NCBI GenBank assembly: GCA_035529315.1
Contig: DATKWZ010000013.1
Location: 17,807-81,806, forward strand
Origin: Anaerolineae bacterium
GTDB lineage: Bacteria > Desulfobacterota > Desulfobacteria > Desulfobacterales > ETH-SRB1
Direction of reading: 5' to 3'
DNA: 64,000 bases
Below are positions 53,470 through 62,221 of this stretch, one piece after another. Below the pieces are notes generated by a model, which saw nothing but the letters and a program-made list of their open reading frames with translations, made no database searches and had not been told where the DNA came from. Numbering within the stretch: the stretch's first letter is position 1; each line of letters starts with the position of its first letter. The translations under genes were made by a program, and so were the position numbers.

Positions 53470-56133
53470 ATGACCTCAAACGTAAATGCAAAAAAATCCA
53501 TCAGGAAAATAGCCGTTCTTTTTACAGACATTATTGGATCAACCATGTTTTTCCAATCTTACGGCAATCTGGCTGGACGCAAAATGCTCCAGCAACACGA
53601 AGACATTGTTTCAAAAGCAACCACAGATTTCGGCGGAACCGTCGTCAAAAATATTGGCGACTCGATTCTTGCTTTTTTTACCAACCCTCAGGAAGCGACA
53701 AAGGTCGCTATACGAATACAAAAGGAGTTTAACCGATTTAACAAGCAAAAAGATGCTGAGTATGAAATCCATATTAGAATTGGAATTCACTTTGGCGATG
53801 GTATTATCGAAGATAAAGATATATTTGGGGATGTGGTGAATATAGCCTCCAAGCTGACAGATCTTGCGGGAAGCGATCAAATATTCATATCTCACGATGT
53901 TTTTACTCTGGTTAACAGATTATCTTCCCTTCAATTTGAACCTGTTGAAATTCCGGATAAAAACAATGCTCCAATAAAACCGGAAATTTATCAGGTTCTA
54001 TGGGACAAAAGCATCGACCTTGATCCAACCATGATGTCGGTCATTTATATGAGACCTGTCCGGAAATTGGGAATCGGCAATTTTGATAACATCTGGGACA
54101 ATCTCATCAAGGCTAAAGCCCTATTCTGGAACGGCAAAATTGATGAAGAAGCAATAATGGATGATCAATCCGTTATACTCATTGCAAAAAATCCGTCTCT
54201 GCTTATGGATGTAGCCGGTGATATGTTAAATTTTCTTATGGAAAATTTAAACACTGATAAAGAAACAGGTATCCTGCCTGTACAGATAATTATCGACGCG
54301 GGTCCCTGTCTGGAAATCGACAAACTGGTTCGTGAAGGGTTTAAAGCAGACTGGGAAAAATTCAATCCGGGAACAATCTACATATCACCTTCTGCCTGTA
54401 AATTAATAGAAAAAGAACAAGGCAGCCTGGTTATTCCTTCAACATCGCCCGGTCCGAACCAAACCGGTCCGGACCAAACTCAATCCTTCTATGAAATAGC
54501 CCCCGGTGATTATAAACAAAAAGAAAATGCCTTGCTTTTCTTATATCAGGATGCCTTAAGTATAGGACAGAATTCACCCTGCTTTTACTGTGGCAACAAA
54601 GAACATGCTGCACAGAACTGTCCCTCCAAACATCTTGTCGATATGACCAATGTTTTAAATAAACTGGGATATCTTTCTTTTGATAAAATCAACGACATTT
54701 TCCTTGCGTATCTAATGAGTTCAGAAGAGGCAAAGCAAAAAGCTGTAAAATCTCCGGAAGAATCACGCGAGCAGGAAACGTTGGCCTGCCTTGGATTCTA
54801 TGAACTCAAACAGGTCTTTCAGCTTCGTTTCTTCAAAAGTATCTGGGATAATAAAAACAATGAGTGGGACAGGATCACAGCAACAAAGAATAGCGGTGAC
54901 GGCAAAGGCGGTTTTATATGGTTAGCTCAAGATTGCATCCGCGTTTCCAACCTTCTTCAGGCGGAATCGATTTTGCAAACCTGTTTGGAAAAATATCCTG
55001 CCGATTACAGGGTGTACTGCGCACAGTGGTTTCTGAGTATAGAAAAAGCCGATCTCTTCCAGAGCGAATATCACCTTGACAAGGCGCTTCATTACGCGAG
55101 GACAAAGCTTCAGAAAATTTTTATCCTGCTTTTACTCTCCCGTTTTTATGATCTTACAGGCGATACTGACAAGGCTCTAAAAAAAATAAGAGAAATCTTT
55201 ATCATTGATCCCTTTTGCACGGAAGCCGCATATCAGGAGATCATATTTAAATTCCGGCAGGAAAAAATGAATGAAGCACTGGAACAGCTCATTAAACTTA
55301 TTCGGACAAATCGGGAATATTATGTTAACGCCCTAATTGACCCGGACCTGGCCAAGTTTAACAGGATAATTCATCCGGAACTCAAGAAACTTTTCAGGGA
55401 AACCCGTCAAAAAGCACAGAAAATGGCTTACAGCGCTGAAAGAAAATTTTCCACACTCAGAAAATTTTTGGAACAAGGCGATGATGAGATTGAAAAAGCA
55501 GATGCCGTATTGTTAAGGATAAAAGAATTGGCGCACACTGATAGTTACTTCGGATACCTCGACATGGCCTATCTTGGCGATTCCATGATCAGCGCCTGCC
55601 GCAGAATCATAATCCGTCGGAAGAAAGAGTTCATAGATGCTGCTAAAAAAACACACGGGCGCATAGGAAACATTTTCAGCCTTGTAAGAGATTACCATTC
55701 CAGGCTTCTTTCCAATTCTGCCTATAAACAATTAAGAATCGTTCAATCGGAATTTAATCAAATTTTGGAAGCGATAAAATTTAATGATTTTAACGGATTT
55801 CTGGAAATGTCTATACGATATAAGGAAATTTCAAAAGAATTGGATGAGATAGAGCCGGAATTAAAAAGATTAAAAACAATACTGGACATTAAAACATTTC
55901 TAATCATTTTTTTAAAAAATTCGGCCATCATTCTTTCTGTCATCCTGTTTGCAGGCACAATTATTTTCCCCGCCATAGTTTATTATCTTAATACTTTTTT
56001 CCCGGAATTTAATATTTTCACGGCAGGAGATACCGGCTTCTATCACAAGTATTTTATCATTTTCGGAGTTCTTGGAGGATTATCATTTTCCTTTTTCAAA
56101 TCTTTCAAAGCCTTTTTAAAGCGAGATCTTTGA
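53470..56133 (+). CDS. Multidomain protein: class III adenylate/guanylate-cyclase homology domain + CCHC zinc knuckle + helical/TPR-like region + two C-terminal TM helices
   Basis: 887 aa. CHD residues 12-150: metal Asp in AVLFTDIIGST and KNIGDSILAFF, Lys in VVKNIGD, and GDVVNIASKL (Asn kept; Lys where Arg is usual). CX2CX4HX4C at residues 371-384 (CFYCGNKEHAAQNC, nt 54580-54621). Long helical region. C-terminal TFLIIFLKNSAIILSVILFAGTIIFPAIVYYL and YFIIFGVLGGLSFSFFKSF. Confidence 0.8.
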   Translation: MTSNVNAKKSIRKIAVLFTDIIGSTMFFQSYGNLAGRKMLQQHEDIVSKATTDFGGTVVKNIGDSILAFFTNPQEATKVAIRIQKEFNRFNKQKDAEYEIHIRIGIHFGDGIIEDKDIFGDVVNIASKLTDLAGSDQIFISHDVFTLVNRLSSLQFEPVEIPDKNNAPIKPEIYQVLWDKSIDLDPTMMSVIYMRPVRKLGIGNFDNIWDNLIKAKALFWNGKIDEEAIMDDQSVILIAKNPSLLMDVAGDMLNFLMENLNTDKETGILPVQIIIDAGPCLEIDKLVREGFKADWEKFNPGTIYISPSACKLIEKEQGSLVIPSTSPGPNQTGPDQTQSFYEIAPGDYKQKENALLFLYQDALSIGQNSPCFYCGNKEHAAQNCPSKHLVDMTNVLNKLGYLSFDKINDIFLAYLMSSEEAKQKAVKSPEESREQETLACLGFYELKQVFQLRFFKSIWDNKNNEWDRITATKNSGDGKGGFIWLAQDCIRVSNLLQAESILQTCLEKYPADYRVYCAQWFLSIEKADLFQSEYHLDKALHYARTKLQKIFILLLLSRFYDLTGDTDKALKKIREIFIIDPFCTEAAYQEIIFKFRQEKMNEALEQLIKLIRTNREYYVNALIDPDLAKFNRIIHPELKKLFRETRQKAQKMAYSAERKFSTLRKFLEQGDDEIEKADAVLLRIKELAHTDSYFGYLDMAYLGDSMISACRRIIIRRKKEFIDAAKKTHGRIGNIFSLVRDYHSRLLSNSAYKQLRIVQSEFNQILEAIKFNDFNGFLEMSIRYKEISKELDEIEPELKRLKTILDIKTFLIIFLKNSAIILSVILFAGTIIFPAIVYYLNTFFPEFNIFTAGDTGFYHKYFIIFGVLGGLSFSFFKSFKAFLKRDL

Positions 56134-56154
56134 AAAATGGTAGTTATCTTTAAT

Positions 56155-56604
56155 TTATGACTTAATATCCAGAAACCTGGGCTGGTTTCCCCCATAGGCC
56201 CTTATCGCATAGTTTTTTACGCCTTTTCGGCTGTGACGGGCCTTTGACAGCCTGTTTTTAAACTCATCGTGGTGAAACACAAACATGGTCTCAAATTCTT
56301 TATTCAGATGCGCCGCCTCTGCTGCGGTATCATCGATGGCTTTTGTGAGCGTTCTTATTTTTTCCACTGCTTCACCCGGCAAAGCAGATATGGAATCTCT
56401 GATCCTGTTTATCCGGCTGTCAATCCCTTTGATAGCTTTTATGCAGTTTTCGCGTTTCGCTATAAGGGTTTCGATCTTTTCCATATCCTGAAGATCGGCC
56501 TCTTTCAGTAAAGCAGTGGCCGACAAAAAGCCCTTGAACGCGTCCAGCTTTCCCCCTAAAAGACCTAAAATATCAGATGCCTGCATATTATTGCCTCTAT
56601 TCAT
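56155..56604 (-). CDS. FlgN/FliT-like helical protein (putative export chaperone downstream of fliD)
   Basis: 149 aa, predicted all-helical. LLGGKLDAFKGFLSATALLKEADLQDMEKIETLIAKRENCIKAI resembles the FlgN family. The function is assigned mainly from its position after fliD. Confidence 0.45.
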   Translation of the reverse strand: MNRGNNMQASDILGLLGGKLDAFKGFLSATALLKEADLQDMEKIETLIAKRENCIKAIKGIDSRINRIRDSISALPGEAVEKIRTLTKAIDDTAAEAAHLNKEFETMFVFHHDEFKNRLSKARHSRKGVKNYAIRAYGGNQPRFLDIKS

Positions 56605-56663
56605 TATAATACGCTCCGGTTACTCTTCGAATCCGCAGATTTTTCCTGTCCATTCCCATACAT
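56604..56663 (-). pseudogene. Collapsed fliS duplicate: a 19-codon ORF fusing the fliS SD plus codons 1-5 to the fliS 3' end
   Basis: AAGGAGGATATGCTTTC-ATGTATGGGAATGGA matches the fliS start region (AAGGAGGACATGCTTTC-ATGTATGGGAATGGA at 53161-53192). The following CAGGAAAAATCTGCGGATTCGAAGAGTAACCGGAGCGTATTATAA matches the fliS 3' end (CAGAAAAAATCCGCGGATTCAAGAGCTGCTGGAGCGTATTAA at 52735-52776). Its stop overlaps the next ATG (TAATG). Confidence 0.75.
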
Positions 56664-56788
56664 GAAAGCATATCCTCCTTTTACGGGGTTCAAGGTTCAG
56701 CGTTCAAGGTTTAGTTCTCTGACCCCTGACCCCTTGACTTCTAATCTTCTAATCTTCTAATCCTCTAACCTTCTGCCCTTCTGCCCTA

Positions 56789-59700
56789 CTATACCCATCC
56801 GGCCATTGCACTGCTGGTCTGAGCCGAAAGCCATTGACCCTGGTTCTGAATCTTGGCCAGAGCCAGTTCCATGGCCACGAACCGAGTTATCATTGTCTCC
56901 ATCTTCCGGTCAAGACGTGCCTCCATGTTATCAATCTGGGTCTCGAAACTGTCAATGCTGTTTTGAAGTGAAGTCAGCTTGAAGGCCACATAGCCGTCGT
57001 ACGCATCAGTAATGCCGTATAATTCCCTGTCAAACTTTTCAGCAGCGCCCATGGTAATTTTGACGTTGCCTTGATCTTCTCCTTGAGAAGCCAGTTGGGC
57101 AGGGGTAAGAGTGATCTTGATGGACAGCCCCTCCACGCTGGTTGTTTCATCTTCTGCAGGCTCGGACCCTGTAAGGGCCTGTCCCGAACCGGTGGCTGCC
57201 TCGCCATTGATTGTTCCGGCCACGTCAACGCCGGAATCGCTCCCGTTGATTATGCCGGTTGAGGCTGAAATAGTTCCGAAATTGAGTCCGGCAGGTTCTG
57301 TCAGCGTCAGGGTCATGAGGCTAGCGCCCGTGGTATCGTCCGTAAGCTTTATTTTGCCGTCAACCACGCTTGCTGTGCCGCCAAGGGCGGTCCCTATTTC
57401 GGTAAGAAGGGCACCAATATTCTTATATGCCCCGTCATAGACATTAAAAGTAACCTCATCTATGACTGTCCCGTCATGCTCCACCCCGTTGATTTTAATA
57501 GTATCGGCAGTGCTGGCCGCATAGCCGTCAATGGCGTTAAATGCAGTGGCGCCCGTAATGTTAACCGCGCTGCTTTTGTTTACAACATCACCGGTAATCT
57601 CTTCCGCGCCGCTCACCGTCGCATACTGCTTAACGGTAAATGAAACACTGCTTCCGTAATCGTCGCTTTCCAGCACAAGCTGGTCGCCGGCATCCTTTGA
57701 TGCGGTAACAGCCATGGCATAGCGGCCTTCGGTGGTCACTTCCATTGTGCCGAAATCGAGACTGCCGAGGCCTTCATTATTGCACGTCACAGAAATTTCA
57801 AGCTGGCTGCTTCCTGACGTGTTATCGGTAAGGATCAATTTGCCGTTGGAATCGATGTTTGCCGAAACATCGTTCCCATAGGCAGCCTCTATGGCCGACA
57901 ACAGCCCCTGGACAGTATCCGTGGTTTTTTCCTCGATGGTGTATGTGCCTGATATTGATGTTCCGCTTCTTGTCTTTCCTGAGAAAGATATGGTGTCACC
58001 GTTAACGACATTATTGGCCTCTGCGCCGGTATCAATATCCTCCCATACAGTACTGGAAGTAATGGCGTCGTCGGCTACCCCAATCAGGATATTTGCCGTT
58101 GTCCCTGTCCACAGCTCGGTATAGACCGTATCCAGCTCGGAATTGATGGCATTTACGATATCATCGATAGACTTTCCGTTGCCCGTGTCATCAAGGGCAA
58201 TGGTGGCTATACTGTTGCCCTGGGTAATGACTATGGTCTCATCGCTTGCAATTCCACCGCTTAAATCTGTCACGCCCGTGATAGTTGCCTGCTCCGCTGC
58301 CGTGGTAATCGCGACGGCGTAATCACCAGCCACGGTATCTCTGGTATGTGATATATATGCAATATCACCATCCGTGGTGGTTCCTTCAGCTATAAAAATT
58401 CTTCTCACGCCGGCAAAATCGCTGACCAGGGCATCTGTAAAATCACTGTCATTGAGCGAGAGCACGCCGTTCATATCGGAGTTGATTCCGATCAGCGAAA
58501 GGGCATTCATGTCTGTTGGAAGGTCTTTGATCGTGCTGATCAGGATATTCTGGAGACTTGACTTGATGGATGACAGGGTCCCGTCGCCGCTGAGCAAGCC
58601 TGCTGATTCCGTATCCTCATCCCACGCAAACTGGTCATTTATATATTCCAGTATTTCATTATACTTGCCTATAAAGCTCTGAACAGATGATTTTATGCCG
58701 TTCGTATCCCGTGAGATGTTCAAATCAACCTGTGAGCCGGCTTCTATCTTCTTTAAGTTTATGGTAACTCCCGCAATAACAACGGTAATGATGTTGGTAG
58801 AACTGGTTATGGTTGTGCCGTCTATCTTGACGCTGGCGTCCTTGCCCTCGGCTGACTGCATGGTGTAGCCTTCGGTAGAGGCGGCAATCGTTCCAAAGTC
58901 AAGAGTGCCGCCACTGACATTGTTATTGGCGATTAAACTGAGGCTTAACTGACTATCTCCGTCGGTGTCGTCTTCAATCTGAATCTTTCCATCTACGAGG
59001 CTGGCCGTGGCCGTCCTTGAGCCGGTTTTGCCAAAACCATCGGTCGTGTTGTTAATTTGGTCAAGAAGTGTCTGTATCGTCTCATCCGTTGCGATTGTGT
59101 AATCGAAATCAACTACTGAACCATCGCCTCTTGTTCCCTGGATAGTAATTTTATCTCCCGCCACCACATTGGAATTTGTTCCGTTAGACCAAAGGTTGGT
59201 TAAGACGGTTCCTGTGGTAATTTGTGTCGCAGCATCCCCATTAGTATTCACGACTGATTCCTGGGAATGCACCTCGGCTACATCACTCTGCCCCCCGGCC
59301 AGAATCCCTAAGGTCTGAAGCACATTATTCTTGTCGCTGAAAGTGGTCGTCCCGCTTATATCGATGTAGTATCTGGTTGTTCCGTCTTCGGTAATACTTT
59401 CCACGGAGGCTGATATGCCGGCCAAGTCATTTATATTGCTTGCAATTGTTGATAGGGATTGCGTGGCCAGATTAATGTCAAGCGTACTTGTAGTGCCTAC
59501 TGTTATATCGGTACCTGTCTGGGCGCTGGTTAGACCAAGAAGTGAACCAACCGCCACCTCACTGCTCGAAAACCTCCCGGACTCGGCCCCGTCACTGGTG
59601 GGATTTTTTATCGTGGGTGTTGTGCTGTCAAGAAATCCCAACCCGGTGGAAGTGTTTTGCAGGATATTAACCGTGTCGGCGCTCGCGTCAAAAATATTGA

Positions 59701-60295
59701 AAGCTTCTTCACCTGTATTATCGCTTGTCAATATCAAACGATAATCGGTGTCGGAAACCGTCAATATTGAGGCCGTCACCCCTGTGGCATTTGAACCGGA
59801 GTTCACGTTATTGATCTTGTCGCGGATGTCCATCAGGTCATCGGTGTCATCCACTCTGACCGCCCTGCCGTTGATAATGAATTCTCCGGTCAGAACCAAT
59901 GCCTCGTCGTAGCTTGCAAAACTCTTAGACGAAATCTTTCGGGCCTCGGCAATGCTCGAACTTGTTGTCATTTCAATGGTGTGAGACCCTGGAGCAGCAT
60001 CGACACTTGTGGTAATAGACATAAAATCCGATGCACTGTAATTGGCGGAATCGGTAGTTAAAGACGAGGTATATACATTGAAGGAATCACTCTTTGCCAG
60101 TGTCACTGACTGCGTCTTCAGGGACAAAAGCATGGTATTCATGGATCGAAAGGCAGATAGCTTTGCCTGATAGTCACTCTTTCTATCTTCAACTATATCC
60201 ACACGGCGGTGTTCAATCGACATGAGCTGGTCGATCATAGACCGCCAGTCAAAACCGCTTGAAAGGCCACTTATAAGGTTTGTGCTGAGAGCCAT
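56789..60295 (-). CDS. fliD: Flagellar filament cap protein FliD, unusually large (1168 aa)
   Basis: N-terminal ISGLSSGFDWRSMIDQLMSIEHRRVDIVEDRKSDYQAKLSAF. C-terminal LQNSIDSFETQIDNMEARLDRKMETMITRFVAMELALAKIQ. Three internal DGK(I/L)x(I/L)xD(D/N)TxGxS...L(D/N)FGT modules. Confidence 0.9.
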   Translation of the reverse strand: MALSTNLISGLSSGFDWRSMIDQLMSIEHRRVDIVEDRKSDYQAKLSAFRSMNTMLLSLKTQSVTLAKSDSFNVYTSSLTTDSANYSASDFMSITTSVDAAPGSHTIEMTTSSSIAEARKISSKSFASYDEALVLTGEFIINGRAVRVDDTDDLMDIRDKINNVNSGSNATGVTASILTVSDTDYRLILTSDNTGEEAFNIFDASADTVNILQNTSTGLGFLDSTTPTIKNPTSDGAESGRFSSSEVAVGSLLGLTSAQTGTDITVGTTSTLDINLATQSLSTIASNINDLAGISASVESITEDGTTRYYIDISGTTTFSDKNNVLQTLGILAGGQSDVAEVHSQESVVNTNGDAATQITTGTVLTNLWSNGTNSNVVAGDKITIQGTRGDGSVVDFDYTIATDETIQTLLDQINNTTDGFGKTGSRTATASLVDGKIQIEDDTDGDSQLSLSLIANNNVSGGTLDFGTIAASTEGYTMQSAEGKDASVKIDGTTITSSTNIITVVIAGVTINLKKIEAGSQVDLNISRDTNGIKSSVQSFIGKYNEILEYINDQFAWDEDTESAGLLSGDGTLSSIKSSLQNILISTIKDLPTDMNALSLIGINSDMNGVLSLNDSDFTDALVSDFAGVRRIFIAEGTTTDGDIAYISHTRDTVAGDYAVAITTAAEQATITGVTDLSGGIASDETIVITQGNSIATIALDDTGNGKSIDDIVNAINSELDTVYTELWTGTTANILIGVADDAITSSTVWEDIDTGAEANNVVNGDTISFSGKTRSGTSISGTYTIEEKTTDTVQGLLSAIEAAYGNDVSANIDSNGKLILTDNTSGSSQLEISVTCNNEGLGSLDFGTMEVTTEGRYAMAVTASKDAGDQLVLESDDYGSSVSFTVKQYATVSGAEEITGDVVNKSSAVNITGATAFNAIDGYAASTADTIKINGVEHDGTVIDEVTFNVYDGAYKNIGALLTEIGTALGGTASVVDGKIKLTDDTTGASLMTLTLTEPAGLNFGTISASTGIINGSDSGVDVAGTINGEAATGSGQALTGSEPAEDETTSVEGLSIKITLTPAQLASQGEDQGNVKITMGAAEKFDRELYGITDAYDGYVAFKLTSLQNSIDSFETQIDNMEARLDRKMETMITRFVAMELALAKIQNQGQWLSAQTSSAMAGWV

Positions 60296-60430
60296 TCTAT
60301 TTCTCCTTGGTTAAGATAGTTATTCAGCCTATCCACCTAATATTTAGGGTTCATGGTTGCCGGTTCACAGTTCACAGTTTTTTTCAACCGTGAACCGATA
60401 ACTGTAAATCGTGAACTGTTATTAGTATAT

Positions 60431-60458
60431 CTATCGGCAAAATTTTCCTTATACTTTA
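60431..60458 (-). promoter_or_regulatory. Sigma-28-type promoter for fliD
   Basis: The minus strand reads TAAA-N16-GCCGATAG, ~135 nt upstream of the fliD ATG. Confidence 0.75.
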
Positions 60459-60653
60459 AGATTATTTGCCCTGTTTGATTGATTCAGCAAAAACCAAAAT
60501 CCTGAGATCCGAAGTCGAAAATCAGGTATTAGATTAACGGAATTATATATCTTATCAAGCTCTTAACACCTGGCACCTGACACCTGATACCTGATCAATT
60601 CCTACTTTTTACAAATCCATCATGATTAACAGTAGCAAGATCTCTGCCAGATT

Positions 60654-60690
60654 AAAAAACCCCACTCCTGTTAAGAAGCGGGATTTTCGT
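60654..60690. repeat. Degenerate copy of the fliC terminator hairpin (left direct repeat flanking the ATPase cassette)
   Basis: aaaaaaccccactcctgttaagaagcgggattttcgt, compared with aaaaaccccgctcctgttaagaagcggggttttggt at 62144-62180. About 90% identical, with two stem-disrupting changes. Confidence 0.75.
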
Positions 60691-60742
60691 TTGCTTGAAA
60701 ACTCGGATTGACATTCCGAATTTTCAATGATAATATGATTAT

Positions 60743-61861
60743 ATGATTAAACGAGACCATTATTCAGCATGTCTTGCAACCGCCGCAAAAAGATCTCCTG
60801 TTACGGCGCTCCTTGGCCCCAGACAATGTGGAAAAACGACACTCGCGCGCATATTCGGCAAGCAGCATAAGTCCCACTACTTTGATCTGGAATCGCCGGC
60901 AGATCAACAAAGATTACAAAATCCGGAGTTGATGCTCAATTCTCTTCAGGGACTGATTATTCTTGATGAAATTCAAATCAAGCCGGAACTGTTCAATATA
61001 TTGCGGGTCTTGGTGGACAGACCTGAAAACCGGCAGCATTTTTTAGTTCTCGGCAGCGCCTCTCCTCACATTATCAGGAATGTTTCCGAAACATTGGCCG
61101 GCAGGGTTGAATTTATTGAGCTTGCAGGGTTCAATATTCAGGAAATAAATAATATTGAGCGATTATGGCTTCGAGGTGGGTTTCCCCGCTCTTTTCTGGC
61201 TGCCTCGGAGTCTGACAGCTGGGCATGGAGAGATGGATTTATACGAACATTTCTTGAGCGTGATATTCCAATGCTGGGCATTACAATTGCTTCAACAGCA
61301 ATGCGGCGATTCTGGACAATGTTGGCCCATTTTCATGGTCAAACATGGAATGCTTCAGATGTTGCCAGATCAATGGGGGTAAGCGATAAAACGGTCCGAT
61401 CATACCTTGATATTCTCACAGCCACCTTCATGGTCCGTCAGCTTCAGCCATGGCACGAAAATCTGCACAAACGCCAGGTGAAATCCCCTAAAATATATTT
61501 CAGAGACTCAGGACTGCTGCACAGCTTGTTAAATATACCGGACTATCATAGCCTGACAGGTAATCCTCGACTGGGAGCATCCTGGGAAGGATTTGCCCTG
61601 GAACAGGTGTTGCAAATTATGCACCCGACTGAAGCATATTTTTGGGCCACCCATAGCGGGGCGGAGCTTGACCTTTTGTTTTTCCAGAAAGGAAAGCGCT
61701 ATGGCGTTGAATTTAAATTTAATGAAGCGCCTAAGATCACAAAATCAATGCACATTGCGGTTAAAGATCTTTCCCTGGATTATTTATGGGTCGTATATCC
61801 CGGAAAAGAAGAATATCCTGTAACGGATAAAATTATGGTTCGACCGTTAAATAGTGTCTGA
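60743..61861 (+). CDS. AAA-family ATPase with a DUF4143-type C-terminal domain
   Basis: 372 aa. Walker A GPRQCGKTTLAR. Walker B LIILDEIQ. C-terminal KRQVKSPKIYFRDSGLLHSLL is typical of the AAA_14/DUF4143 architecture. Confidence 0.85.
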   Translation: MIKRDHYSACLATAAKRSPVTALLGPRQCGKTTLARIFGKQHKSHYFDLESPADQQRLQNPELMLNSLQGLIILDEIQIKPELFNILRVLVDRPENRQHFLVLGSASPHIIRNVSETLAGRVEFIELAGFNIQEINNIERLWLRGGFPRSFLAASESDSWAWRDGFIRTFLERDIPMLGITIASTAMRRFWTMLAHFHGQTWNASDVARSMGVSDKTVRSYLDILTATFMVRQLQPWHENLHKRQVKSPKIYFRDSGLLHSLLNIPDYHSLTGNPRLGASWEGFALEQVLQIMHPTEAYFWATHSGAELDLLFFQKGKRYGVEFKFNEAPKITKSMHIAVKDLSLDYLWVVYPGKEEYPVTDKIMVRPLNSV

Positions 61862-62136
61862 ACGAAAACCCCGTTCAGGCACGGTTTTAAGTTTTAAGTT
61901 TTAGGTTTTAAGTTAAAAAAAAGATGCAATCTCAGAGATTTAGCAATCTCTAAACAAAATTGAAAAACCATATTTCGGGGTTTTCGTTCAGGCATCAAAT
62001 AAGATATGATGTGGAGAGCTTTGTATATTACGCCATGCGCTGAGCTCTATGCTTTAAGCTTTCACCTTCTCACCTTCCGGCTCCATACTCTTCGCTCTAA
62101 GCTCTTCGCTCCACGCTCTATGCACTTTCTGGGTCT

Positions 62137-62177
62137 AAAATAATAAAAACCCCGCTCCTGTTAAGAAGCGGGGTTTT
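62137..62177 (-). terminator. Rho-independent terminator after fliC
   Basis: The minus strand reads AAAACCCCGC-ttcttaacagga-GCGGGGTTTT followed by TATTATTTT. Lies 45 nt after the fliC stop. Confidence 0.8.
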
Positions 62178-62180
62178 GGT
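62144..62180. repeat. Right direct repeat flanking the ATPase cassette (the functional fliC terminator)
   Basis: See 60654-60690. The two copies are 1,490 bp apart and bracket the DUF4143 ATPase gene. Confidence 0.75.
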
Positions 62181-62221
62181 TTAAGGTTTACTTTGAACTC
62201 TAAGCTCCATGCTCTAAGCTC

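Noticed and set aside
53470-56133. Reading the cyclase protein as an antiphage signalling system (Pycsar/CBASS-like)
   Set aside because: There is no separate cNMP-binding effector, no TIR, patatin or nuclease gene, and no defence-island context. The neighbours are all flagellar. The possibility of a self-contained cyclase-TM fusion is not excluded, but nothing here supports it.
60565-60600. TGGCAC inside acacctggcacctgacacctgatacctgatc as a sigma-54 promoter for the ATPase gene
   Set aside because: There is no TTGC/GC element at the required 5-nt spacing. The hexamer is simply part of a cacctga tandem word array.
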